64,000 nt of DNA from Eledone cirrhosa (taxonomy: Eukaryota): assembly GCA_964016885.1 (NCBI GenBank), contig OZ024758.1, positions 24,800,001 through 24,864,000 of the forward strand, written 5' to 3'. The notes beneath the pieces were generated by a model. That model saw nothing but the letters and a program-made list of their open reading frames with translations. It was not told where the DNA came from and made no database searches. The translations under genes were made by a program, and so were the position numbers. Positions 12,772 through 24,680 of the stretch are shown in pieces; position 1 is the stretch's first letter, and every line of letters begins with the position of its first letter.

Positions 12772-12908
12772 TGTAAATAACAGAACTTATGTCCCCTCTT
12801 TTGTCTTCGATTATATTTTGAAAAACAACATACTCTGAAAAGCTCGATAGAAAAAAACCGATTGGTAAAGAAATGTGACTATTTTTCTTTTTGCTTTATA
12901 TAATTTTA

Positions 12909-13295
12909 GGGGCGGTGGATTGGCAGTATTGGTAGAGGGTCGGACGCCATGATTTGACGCATAGAGTTACGGCCCTTGCCATTCTGAGTTCAAATCCCGC
13001 CGAGGTTAACTTTGCCTTTCATCCTTACGGAGTCGATAAAATAAAGTACCAGTAATGTACTGGGTAATTGCTGGCCTTGTGCCAAAAAGTAGAAAATTAT
13101 TTTAGGGGTGGTGGATTGGCAGTATCGGTAGAGAGTCGGACGCCATTCTTTGACGCATAGGTACAGCCCTTTACGGTCTGAGTTCAAATGCCGCCGAGGT
13201 TGACTTTGCCTTTCATCCTTACGGGGTCGATAAAATAAAGTACCAGTAATTCACTGGGTAATTGCTGGCCTTTTGCTAAAAGTAGTAACAATTAT
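12909..13295 (+). mobile_element. Two head-to-tail SINE B copies
   Basis: Full-length matches 12909-13100 and 13106-13295. Confidence 0.85.
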
Positions 13296-13649
13296 TTTAC
13301 TGTGGGTGTATGTGAAAACAGTTAGTACAATTAAGCCTTTTTCTATACATACATATATATATATATATATACACACGCACATAGACTGGCAAACACGCAC
13401 ACGCGTGCGTGCATATATACGTGTTTACTCATCATTCAACATAATGCTGAAATGTCCATCTGAAACATACGAGCTGTTCAACATTCAAATCTTACTCTAC
13501 TATAAGAACTAACGAAATACCTGATCGCTAAATCTGTTAGAAATAGCAGCCAAATATGGATCTAATCACATCCTAACATCTTCAGATCAAAAATATTCAT
13601 TGATCAAAGTTGAGCTGAAGCTAATCAACAACAGCTGTATATATATATA

Positions 13650-13893
13650 TATAAGATCAAAAGATGGTTAAAAGAGTTCCATGTATTTTATTATGCGCAT
13701 TTCAAAAACAAATATCATCATGCAATAACATTTGCGTTTTCGTCAGATAAAATAGGGAGACATGATATGAAGGTTAAAACACACTTGTGAATAGTGCAGT
13801 TTTAAATCAACATATGAAAAGTAGTTTTAGATTGATGTGTACTACAATAGATTTATTTAAATTTATTGTACTACAATAAAACTCACCTCCTAC
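13650..13893 (-). mobile_element. (TA)n-embedded Penelope-like fragment, family 2
   Basis: Reverse-complement homologue of 7797-7830 and 8030-8190. Confidence 0.6.
13684..13754 (-). ncRNA. Minimal type I hammerhead ribozyme (family 2)
   Basis: Minus: TATTTTAT-CTGACGA-AAACGCAAATGTTATT gcat GATGATATTTGTTTTT-GAAAT-GCGC-ATA-ATAAAATA; stem differences from the 8091 copy keep pairing via G-U. Confidence 0.82.
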
Positions 13894-13914
13894 ACACATA
13901 TATATATATATAAA

Positions 13915-14233
13915 TGAAGTAATTCCGTCGGAAAGGTCCAGGAAAAAAAGAGTGCTCTATGTAGGTTACAGAGCTTAATACTTATATAATAAACAACATA
14001 AGATAATTATTTCATTTACCAGTGGTTTCTTGAAAGCAAACGAAATTTGCTTTCAGTCATCAGAATGAAAAAATCCTGGTGTATTTATTGACAGTGGATT
14101 TTAAAAAAGTTTTTAAAATTCACTGTCAGGATTTTTTCAGATTTTTGTCAGGATTTTTTGACTGAAAGCAAATTTCGTTTGCTTTCAAGAAACCACTGGT
14201 AAATGAAATAATTATCTTATGTTGTTTATTACA

Positions 14234-14240
<7 letters not shown>
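13915..14240. mobile_element. Fold-back Penelope-like fragment (family 3), inverted arms about 13983-14058 / 14159-14236
   Basis: Inverted repeat between TA runs; left arm has an intact hammerhead, right arm lacks the CTGA core. Confidence 0.65.
14010..14070 (-). ncRNA. Type I hammerhead ribozyme (family 3)
   Basis: Minus: TTTCATT-CTGATGA-cTGAAAGCAAA tttcg TTTGCTTTCAa-GAAAC-CACTG-GTA-AATGAAA; 7-bp helix I, GUA triplet, first helix II pair mismatched. Confidence 0.75.
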
Positions 14241-14306
<66 letters not shown>

Positions 14307-14442
14307 TGTATATATATAATTGGTGTTGGATGCTTAAACCGTCCGTATGCGGTAGGCCGTATGAGCACTCGATGGCCTCCTAGAGCAGAGTATGATATCA
14401 CAGAAAAAAGAGAATCAGTGTTGCGACGAAAGGAATTTATTG

Positions 14443-14537
14443 GACATATTACAATCGTTTCCCGGGCGACCAGCTCGAGGCACGATCGATATGGTGATCA
14501 AACCTGACTCTGAAATCGCGCGCTCCTCAGATACGTC
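14443..14537 (-). ncRNA. Type I hammerhead ribozyme with long imperfect helix II (family 4)
   Basis: Minus: GACGTAT-CTGAGGA-[62-nt imperfect hairpin GCGCGCGA...TCGCCCGG]-GAAAC-GATT-GTA-ATATGTC; 7-bp helix I. Confidence 0.7.
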
Positions 14538-14969
14538 TCGATTAGTATATTACTGGTACTTTATTTTATCGACCCCGGAAGGATGAAAGGCAAAGTTAAC
14601 ACGTCAAATAATATGCTTCGTGGCATTTGTTCCGGCATTAAAATTCAGAGTTCAATTCCCACCGATGCCAACTTTGTTTTTCATCCTTCCAGGGCTGAAA
14701 TAATAAAGTACCAGTGAAATACTGGGGTCGATTTAATCGAATTTCATCTTCCTTCGAAATTGTTGGCTTTGTGCCTAAATTAGAAACCATTAATTTATAT
14801 TTCGGAATTACTCACTACGGGTGAATTTATAAAATAATTAAAATTTCCAGGATATTATAATTAATTATAAATTAATTAAATTAGGTATGTTAATCTCAAC
14901 TTTATTAAATACCTTTCGGTAGTTACACCTCAAAACTGTGTCTCTCTATGTCCCGTAAAACTACTTTAG

Positions 14970-15300
14970 GTGTGTGTGTGTGTGTGTGTGTGTGTGCTTG
15001 TAAGTATATGAGCATGTGCCTGTGAGCATGTGCGTGTGTGTGAGCGTGTGTGTATGCTTGTATGTGTGAGCATGTGTGTATATGAGCATGTGTGTGTGAG
15101 CATGTGTGTGTGTGTGACCATGTGTGTGTGTATGTATGTATGTATGTATGTATGTGTTTGTGTATGCATGTATGTGTTTGCTTGTATGTGTGTGTGTATG
15201 CATGTATGTGTGTGTGTATGCTTGTATGTGTGTGTGTATGCATGCATGTATGTGTGTGTATGCTTGTATGTGTATGTGTGTGATATATATGTGTGTGTTG
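14970..15300. repeat. Compound (TG)n/(TATG)n microsatellite
   Basis: Direct inspection. Confidence 0.9.
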
Positions 15301-15621
15301 TATGTAAATCATGTTAAAGATCTATGTAAAAAAAAAGATGGCATATATAGGTGAAGGTATGTATATCTCCTCTGATAATTTGTAATATTTTTACATAGAT
15401 CTTTACTCGTATATATCCCAGAAACGATCGTAAAATGAGGATTTTTTTTCAATATAAGGAAACTGTTTTTTGTTTTTATTAATTTATCTTGACTGTTTTC
15501 CTATGATTTTTATCGTTAAATTTTGAATGCATTTTCTCTTTTCATGATATCTTCTATATTTGGATTACATTGAGTTCTTCATACGTATTGGACACTACTG
15601 TTTATTTTGGTAGATTTATCT

Positions 15622-15667
<46 letters not shown>

Positions 15668-15796
15668 GGAAAATTATATTTAAATTGTTGGGTTACAACT
15701 AGTAAATATTTATAACTGATATAAAAGCACTCAACAAGTATTTGGAGTATATTTACGATATTAAATAAATGGAAACTATATTTATAAAACCATATC

Positions 15797-15862
15797 TATT
15801 TCATTATATATATTTCAGGGATATCATATTAACAATATGTTATGCCTTCTTCAGACAAAATA
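15797..15862 (-). ncRNA. Minimal type I hammerhead ribozyme (family 1b), sense to the GIY-YIG ORF
   Basis: Minus: TATTTTGT-CTGAAGA-AGGCATAACATATT gtt AATATGATATCCCT-GAAAT-ATAT-ATA-ATGAAATA. Confidence 0.85.
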
Positions 15863-17178
15863 CAATATAGACAGTTTTATAAATAAATAGATTTGACATA
15901 CCGTTCAACATCGACTTGTACTTGAAAAGTTGATTTGGCAGTGAAAAATTGTAAACAGAAAGAAAGAAAAAAAAAAAAGAAAGAAAGAAAGAAGGAAAGA
16001 AAGAAAACGAAGAAAAAGAAGAAATGCATGCAACTAAATAGAGAGATGGAAAGATAGATAAAGAGAAGAACTTCATGTAAAGAAACAGAGAGAGATATAT
16101 AGAGAGAGGAAATAGATAGAGATAGATATATATAGAGAAAAGTAGGTAGTTGAACATCCGTTGAATGACGTATCAATGATACATTTATTTATTTATTTAT
16201 TTATTTAGCTCTAGTATTAATGTAAGGGAGATATATGTGGTTAGGAGAGAAACCAGCCGTTATATATAGAGAAAAAATGAAAAGTAACCAGACATAGGCG
16301 AGGCAGAATTTAAAAACCCTATGTTTCAATGTAGAAATATTAGTTCGTATAAAAAACAGGCACTATAATGTAAATATCAGTATTCGTGAATGAGACACGT
16401 ATCTATAATGTGTGAAAAGTAATGATCTTATGTCTAGTTTTAAAAATTCATATGTTTATATGATAACTACAAACATCGATGTGAATTTACGTGATCAACT
16501 CTGCAAACTCCTATTTCACACGGAGAACATTCTCATTGTGCTATAAAAATTTAAGTATACATATATGTGTATATATGCACATATATATAGAGTCTATATT
16601 AATTTTAACAATACTATTCTTGTCTTTACTCTACATGATTATCTATCAAGCAGAAATAGAGAACAGATTTCAATATATTAATAAAAATATCAGAAACAAA
16701 AACAAAAAATAATAATAAATAAATAAAACAGAAAACTAAAAAATATTACATATTAAAGATAAAAATAAAAATATTAAAAATATTAAAAAATATTAAAATA
16801 ATAAAAATAAAAACATAGTATGCCACGCAAATCGACCACAAAGATCAACCCTTCAAAATTAATTGACAATATATTGCCAAGTTCATTATAAACATCAGAG
16901 TCGAAAACAGATAAAACTAAAAATTATTTACCAAATCACGTCTAGCAGAAATCATTTCAAAAGTTTAGGATACCCATTTGGTCTACATATGTTCTTATAT
17001 TTAATATAGAAGTTTATCTAGTGTAACATTTATTCGATATATTTGGAGCATCAACTTTTAGGGTAGTTTAATTTTTCATGAAGAATGTTTAAAATAAAAA
17101 TAAAAAGAAGAATAAAAAGAAGAAATCGAAAGATTTATCGGCTAGTTTCATAAATAATTACAAATCAAACTAAATATA

Positions 17179-17502
17179 CTACATTTTAAATTTAAATTTA
17201 TATTTAAAAGTTGAGTTTAATCTATGTTTGCAGCAACTGAATAAATTTGTCCGTAGATTAAGGGAATTTTTAGATTTTAGTATAAAGAATATCTCCTCCG
17301 CGCAGAGGTCACATGTCTCAGAGGATGAATTAAAAGGAATCCCTCTTGAGACTATATTCCAAGCCGTCGAATATCTAACGTTATCTTGCCTAAGTTGCCA
17401 GAGTACGCCTGATAGTGCTGTTGAAGATTTTTTGCTTGGATCTGTGAAAGAATTCTTGTGGTTATTATAGCGAAGTTTAAATTCCGTCGATGTGGAACCA
17501 AC
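17179..17502 (-). pseudogene. C-terminal part of a Penelope/Naiad GIY-YIG endonuclease (open frame, 5' truncated)
   Basis: Manual translation VGSTSTEFKLRYNNHKNSFTDPSKKSSTALSGVLWQLRQDNVRYSTAWNIVSRGIPFNSSSETCDLCAEEIFFILKSKNSLNLRTNLFSCCKHRLNSTFKYKFKFKM*; FKxRYNNH, LSxxxWxL, CxLCxEE, LNxR and CxH motifs; absent from the ORF track. Confidence 0.85.
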
Positions 17503-17599
17503 GTTGTTTACAATTTTTCACTGCCAAATCAACTTTTCAAATACAAGTCGATGTTGAACGGTATGTCAAATCTATTTATTTATAAAACTGTCTATATTG

Positions 17600-17665
17600 T
17601 ATTTTGTCTGAAGAAGGCATAACATATTGTTAATATGATATCCCTGAAATATATATAATGAAATA
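17600..17665 (+). ncRNA. Minimal type I hammerhead ribozyme (family 1b) in the inverted pseudo-LTR
   Basis: Reverse complement of 15797-15862; predicted cut after 17657. Confidence 0.85.
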
Positions 17666-17705
17666 GATATGGTTTTATAAATATAGTTTCCATTTATTTA
17701 ATATC

Positions 17706-17771
<66 letters not shown>

Positions 17772-18199
17772 AGAGTGTTGACATTTCGGACGTTATTCCT
17801 TCATCAAAAATAGGGTGAAAAAGGGGAGTAGAGATAGAAAGATAGAAGAGAGGAAGAAAAAAACAACAGAAAAACGGTGAAAATGTTTCTTCAGGAGGAA
17901 AACACGTGTGTAGTTAATTTGTAGTCATTTTGGAGAAGTGAAGGTCAGAACGTGACTCATTTATGAAGAAATTACTAGAGGGAAGGCAGCCATCGTGGAG
18001 TTAGAATGTCTATGTATGCGTGGCGTGTCTGTGTGTGTATGCATGTGTGTATATGTATGTGGTGTGTGGATGTGTGCGTGTGCAAACCTGTGGCAGTATG
18101 AAGGGCACGATGTGCATTGGATCACCGCGTGCTTGAAGGGCTACTGCCTGTGTCACAGTGTGAACAGACCAGCGTAGGAGGTGCTACGGGATGAAGTCA

Positions 18200-18267
<68 letters not shown>

Positions 18268-18282
18268 GTATATATATATATG

Positions 18283-18323
<41 letters not shown>

Positions 18324-18891
18324 CTAAGGCGGGTAAAATTCCCGAGATCCATGGACGAGTTCTCTCCAGCGGTCTCTGTCCCTCATTATCGCTGCCATAT
18401 CCTGCATCTCCAACAGACCAGTGTCTGTCCTTAGGGCATCAACATATGTTAACCTTGGTCTTCCTCTTCTAGTGTGTCCATGTAGGGGCTCCCAAAGGAG
18501 CACTGAGTGCAATGTCAACTCTGGATGTCGGTGAGCATGTCCAGCCAACCTCAGTCTCCTCTGTGTCACTTTTGAGCTGACTCTTGGGATGCTCCCATAC
18601 AGCTCTGAGTTTTTCATCCTCAGTGTATACTGATTAATGTTCAGAGCCATCCTCAACATTCTCGTGTAGCACCCATCCACCATCTGAGTGAGTTTCTTGG
18701 TCAGTGTCCAAGTCTCAGACCCATACAGCAGCACAGACTCCACTACAGCAATGAAGAGGCGGATTTTCAGGTCTCTACGAAGGTCCGACTTCCTGGAATT
18801 GATTGAGGACTTCCTGTATTTGGGAGCAAAGATTGGGAATACGGAGGATGATGTGGTTGAGAGGAAGAGCAAGGCCTGGGCGGCGTGCCAT
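18324..18891 (-). mobile_element. RTE-clade LINE 3' fragment with inverted 5' segment, in (TA)n
   Basis: Minus 18324-18793: KSDLRRDLKIRLFIAVVESVLLYGSETWTL...RRLRLAGH...RGRPRLTY...DRDRWR; plus 18793-18891: LELIEDFLYLGAKIGNTEDDVVERKSKAWAACH. Confidence 0.88.
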
Positions 18892-19047
18892 ATATATATA
18901 TATATATATATATGCAGAGGTTATATTTAATTTGTTGGGATTCAACAAGCTTAAACATTTTTATAACTGATATAAAGCACTCAACAATTTAGTGGAGTAA
19001 ATATTCAATATATTATTAAATGGAAACTATATTTATAAAACCATATT

Positions 19048-19113
19048 TATTTTATTATATATATTTCAAGGGCAACCAAGGTAAATTTTGGTGCGCTTTC
19101 ATCAGATAAAATA
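19048..19113 (-). ncRNA. Minimal type I hammerhead ribozyme (family 1)
   Basis: Minus: TATTTTAT-CTGATGA-AAGCGCACCA aaatttacct TGGTTGCCCTT-GAAAT-ATAT-ATA-ATAAAATA. Confidence 0.85.
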
Positions 19114-19386
19114 CAAATTTGTTTTATAAATAAATATTGACATACCCGCATAAAGACAACCTTAACGGTTGAGGTTCGCTGGATAGTTATATCATTTACG
19201 TGGTTTTGTCTTTGCGTGCAATTGTTCTCCACGCTCAACATATGACGTATTATCTTCGTTTTTTTCCGTTCATTGCCAGAGAACGTCTCTATGTACCACC
19301 TAAGAGAACATTAGTCTACGACTTCTTTTATACCATAAACGTGATCCTGTCTTTGCGTGTAATTGTTTTTCACCGCTCCAAATAAT

Positions 19387-19559
19387 TGTTTCTACTTTAG
19401 GCACAAGGCCAGCAATTACCAGTGCATTACTGGTACTTTATTTTATCGACCCCGTAAGGATGAAAGGCAAAGTCAACCTCGGCGGGATTTGAACTCAGAT
19501 GGTAAAGGGACGTAACTATGCTGGAAAGCATGGCGTCCGACCCTCTACCGATACTGCCA
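19387..19559 (-). mobile_element. SINE B with 12-bp target site duplication
   Basis: GCTCCAAATAAT at 19375-19386 and 19560-19571. Confidence 0.9.
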
Positions 19560-19779
19560 GCTCCAAATAATGAGGTATTATATTCGTTTTTTCCCGTTCT
19601 TTGACAGGCAACGTTTCCACGAACCAAAGTATCGTCTTCCTGTCTTCCTCCGGTTGCAACGTTTTTTGAAATATCCACTTCTGCGTTCACAGATTGACTT
19701 TGTTAGTTTCAGAAGATCTCGTTAAGGGTGAAAGCAGCGATTCTTTGCTTAAACTTTAATCTGTTATTTTAATAAATAT

Positions 19780-19842
<63 letters not shown>

Positions 19843-19845
<3 letters not shown>

Positions 19846-19973
19846 CGAAGGAGTTGTGGTAAGGAACCAGATGGACCATAATGCACCAGAGTACTCAATA
19901 CAGTCCAGTACTCAGTCTAGAAATAGCCGTCGAAACGGCTTGGGCTCTGCCGTCGGGGGTCATACATTTTCCT
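19843..19973. mobile_element. Rearranged TA-embedded fragment of family 5 (3' half of a hammerhead plus inverted terminus)
   Basis: 19843-19900 is the reverse complement of 44858-44915 and 10808-10866; 19919-19970 matches 44781-44832. Confidence 0.6.
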
Positions 19974-19976
19974 ATA

Positions 19977-20007
<31 letters not shown>

Positions 20008-20189
20008 GTGTGTGTATGTCTGCATGCATGTGTATGTGTGCATGTGCATGTATGCATGCATATATATAAGTTAGCTAATAGTGACACAATGAAAACTGTG
20101 ACCAGAGACATGTTTCCACCCTAATACTACAACAGTGAAAAGTACAGACAGGTGGCAGACGGACCTGAATAGAAACAGGTGTGTATAAT

Positions 20190-23100
20190 ATATACATGTG
20201 TGTGTGTGTGTGTATATATATATAAATATATACATATATATATATATGTGGGTGTATGTGTGCATATATATATATATGTATAAATATATACATATATATG
20301 TATGTAGGTGTATGTGGGTGTATGTGTGCATATATATATATATGTATAAATATATACATATATATGTATGTGGGTGTATGTGGGTGTATGTGTGCATATA
20401 TATATATATGTATAAATATATACATATATATATGTATGTGGGTGTATGTGTGCATATATATATATATGTGTATAAATATATACATATATATGTATGTGGG
20501 TGTATGTGTGCATATATATATATATGTATAAATATATACATATATATGTATGTGGGTGTATGTGGGTGTATGTGTGCATATATATATATATGTATAAATA
20601 TATACATATATATGTATGTGGGTGTATGTGGGTGTATGTGTGCATATATATATATATGTATAAATATATACATATATATGTATGTGGGTGTATGTGGGTG
20701 TATGTGTGCATATATATATGTGTATAAATATATACATATATATATATGTGGGTGTATGTGTGCATATATATATATATATGTATAAATATATACATATATA
20801 TATATGTGGGTGTATGTGTGCATATATATATATATGTATAAATATATACATATATATAGATGTGGGTGTATGTGTGCATATATATATATATGTATGAATA
20901 TATACATATATATATATGTGGGTGTATGTGTGCATATATATATATATGTATAAATATATACATATATATGTATGTGGGTGTATGTGGGTGTATGTGTGCA
21001 TATATATATATATGTATAAATATATACATATATATAGATGTGGGTGTATGTGTGCATATATATATATATGTATGAATATATACATATATATGTATGTGGG
21101 TGTATGTGTGCATATATATATATATGTATGAATATATACATATATATATATGTGGGTGTATGTGTGCATATATATATATATGTATAAATATATACATATA
21201 TATGTATGTGGGTGTATGTGGGTGTATGTGTGCATATATATATATATGTATAAATATATACATATATATGTATGTGGGTGTACGTGTGCATATATATATG
21301 TATGTATAAATATATACATATATATGTATGTGGGTGTATGTGTGCATATATATATATATGTATAAATATATACATATATATGTATGTGGGTGTATGTGTG
21401 CATATATATATATATGTATAAATATATACATATATATGTATGTGGGTGTATGTGTGCATATATATATATATGTATAAATATATACATATATATGTATGTG
21501 GGTGTATGTGGGTGTATGTGTGCATATATATATATATATGTATAAATATATACATATATATATATGTGGGTGTATGTGTGCATATATATATATATGTGTA
21601 TAAATATATACATATATATGTATGTGGGTGTATGTGGGTGTATGTGTGCATATATATATATATGTGTATAAATATATACATATATATGTATGTGGGTGTA
21701 TGTGGGTGTATGTGTGCATATATATATATGTGTATAAATATATACATATATATAGATGTGGGTGTATGTGTGCATATATATATATATGTATGAATATATA
21801 CATATATATGTATGTGGGTGTATGTGTGCATATATATATATATGTATGAATATATACATATATATATATGTGGGTGTATGTGTGCATATATATATATATG
21901 TATAAATATATACATATATATGTATGTGGGTGTATGTGGGTGTATGTGTGCATATATATATATATGTATAAATATATACATATATATGTATGTGGGTGTA
22001 TGTGTGCATATATATATATATATGTATAAATATATACATATATATGTATGTGGGTGTATGTGTGCATATATATATATATGTATAAATATATACATATATA
22101 TGTATGTGGGTGTATGTGTGCATATATATATATATGTATAAATATATACATATATATGTATGTGGGTGTATGTGTGCATATATATATATATGTATAAATA
22201 TATACATATATATGTATGTGGGTGTATGTGTGCATATATATATATGTATAAATATATACATATATATATATGTGGGTGTATGTGTGCATATATATATATA
22301 TGTATAAATATATACATATATATGTATGTGGGTGTATGTGTGCATATATATATATATGTATAAATATATACATATATATGTATGTGGGTGTATGTGGGTG
22401 TATGTGTGCATATATATATGTGTATAAATATATACATATATATATATGTGGGTGTATGTGTGCATATATATATATATGTATAAATATATACATATATATG
22501 TATGTGGGTGTATGTGTGCATATATATATGTATGTGGGTGTATGTGGGTGTATGTGTGCATATATATATGTGTATAAATATATACATATATATGTATGTG
22601 GGTGTATGTGTGCATATATATATATATGTATAAATATATACATATATATATATGTGGGTGTATGTGTGCATATATATATATATGTATAAATATATACATA
22701 TATATGTATGTGGGTGTATGTGTGCATATATATATATATGTATAAATATATACATATATATACATGTGTGTGTGTGTATATATATATGTATAAATATATA
22801 CATATATATATATATGTGGGTGTATGTGTGCATATATATATATATATGTATAAATATATACATATATATATATATGTGGGTGTATGTGTGCATATATATA
22901 TATATGTATAAATATATACATATATAAGTATGTGGGTGTATGTGTGCATATATATATATATGTATAAATATATACATATATATGTATGTGGGTGTATGTG
23001 GGTGTATGTGTGCATATATATATATGTGTATAAGTATATACATATATATACATGTGTGTGTGTGTGTGTGTATATATATGTATAAATATATACATATATA

Positions 23101-23580
23101 TATATGTGGGTGTATGTGTGCATATATATATGTATAAATATATACATATATATATATGTGGGTGTATGTGTGCATATATATATATATGTATAAATATATA
23201 GATATATATGTATGTGGGTGTATGTGTGCATATATATATATATGTATAAATATATACATATATATGTATGTGGGTGTATGTGTGCATATATATATATATG
23301 TATAAATATATACATATATATGTATGTGGGTGTATGTGTGCATATATATATATATGTATAAATATATACATATATATGTATGTGGGTGTATGTGTGCATA
23401 TATATATATATGTATAAATATATACATATATATATATGTGGGTGTATGTGTGCATATATATATATATGTATAAATATATACATATATATATATGTGGGTG
23501 TATGTGTGCATATATATATATATGTATAAATATATACATATATATGTATGTATATGTGTATATATATATATAAATATATA
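20190..23580. repeat. About 56/66-bp purine-pyrimidine alternating minisatellite, about 3.4 kb
   Basis: Unit GTGGGTGTATGTGTGCA(TA)nTGTATAAATATATACATATATATGTAT. Confidence 0.97.
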
Positions 23581-23827
23581 CTGTCGTTAAAACATGGGAA
23601 TGCCGTTAAGATATAAATATATACGTATATATGTATGTATATGTGTATGTGTATGTAGGCATATGCCTATATATATATATGTGTGTGTGTAGGCATATGC
23701 ATATATATGTGTGTGTAGGCATATGCATATATATGTGTGTGTAGGCATATGCATATATATGTGTGTGTAGGCATATATATATGTGTGTAGGCATATGCAT
23801 ATATATATGTGTGTGTGTAGGCATATG

Positions 23828-23903
<76 letters not shown>

Positions 23904-24188
23904 TGTGTGTGTGTGTGCGCGCGCGCGCATATATATACAGAGACAGAGAGAGATAGAAAGAGAAAGATAGAGAGGGAAAAATAGATTTTCTTATCTAGAA
24001 TTTAATTTATAATTCACTGCTTCTATGGTATGTTACATAATTATCCTTGAACATTAAATAACAAATCTAGAATATTGGATATCAACATAAACTCTGTGAC
24101 TGGAGATGTATAGATGTAACCATACTAAAACTTATGTGACTCAATACATCGGAAGGGTGACCCTTCGGTTGCTAGTTTAGTTTTAGAA

Positions 24189-24635
24189 CAGTTGTGAGCA
24201 ACCTGCGGCCCGCGAACCTTTCTAAATGACTCACCTAAGTCACCTAAGTGAAATCTTTCTGATTTTTTTTACCCCAACTTTTCAGTCGTAATTTTTCTTT
24301 CTATCATTTTTACGATCGCGGAAAACAACGTGTACGAATTCTGAAGAAACATATCGAAACAACCTGAGTTACCGCCCCTTTTTTTAATGTGGGCACGAAT
24401 GTAAATTAGCGCTTGCGGCCTGCCTGATGATGAGCCATATCTCATGCGGCCCACCTGATGATGAGCCATATCTCATGTGGCCCACCTGATGATGAGCCAT
24501 ATCTCATGCGGCCCACCTGATGATGAGCCATATCTCATGTGGCCCACCTGATGATGAGCCATATCTCATGCGGCCCACCTGATGATGAGACATATCTCAT
24601 GCGGCCCGCTTCTCGAAAAAGGTTTCTCGTGTCTG
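24189..24635. mobile_element. hAT-like MITE with internal 31-bp tandem array
   Basis: TIR CAGTTGTGAGCAACCT / AGGTTTCTCGTGTCTG, TGCGGCCCGC subterminal motifs, imperfect 8-bp TSD TTTTAGAA / GTTTAGAG. Confidence 0.6.
24423..24608. repeat. 31-bp tandem repeat x6
   Basis: CCTGATGATGAGCCATATCTCATGYGGCCCA. Confidence 0.95.
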
Positions 24636-24680
24636 GTTTAGAGCATGACTGAATACTGTTTGTGTCAAAAACAAAATAGT

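Larger units (their letters stand above)
15665..17708 (-). mobile_element. 5'-truncated Penelope-like retroelement (Naiad-type) with inverted pseudo-LTRs, inserted in (TA)n
   Basis: GIY-YIG C-terminus on minus strand, about 1.2-kb AT-rich 3' region, 204-bp inverted repeats 15754-15957 / 17505-17708 (one mismatch seen) each with a hammerhead, TA runs both sides. Confidence 0.85.
18913..19775 (-). mobile_element. Penelope-like 3' fragment (family 1) interrupted by a SINE
   Basis: Same 3' terminus as 15665 and 58670 copies, hammerhead at 19048, TA runs both sides. Confidence 0.65.

Noticed and set aside
20071-23539. Three ORFs of over 1100 aa
   Set aside because: All frames of a TA/CA minisatellite; only H/I/Y/T/M/C repeats; open because the unit lacks stops on that strand
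24423-24608. Tandem CTGATGA followed by a TGAG/CTCA hairpin as a hammerhead array
   Set aside because: No GAAA after the hairpin and no helix III or helix I
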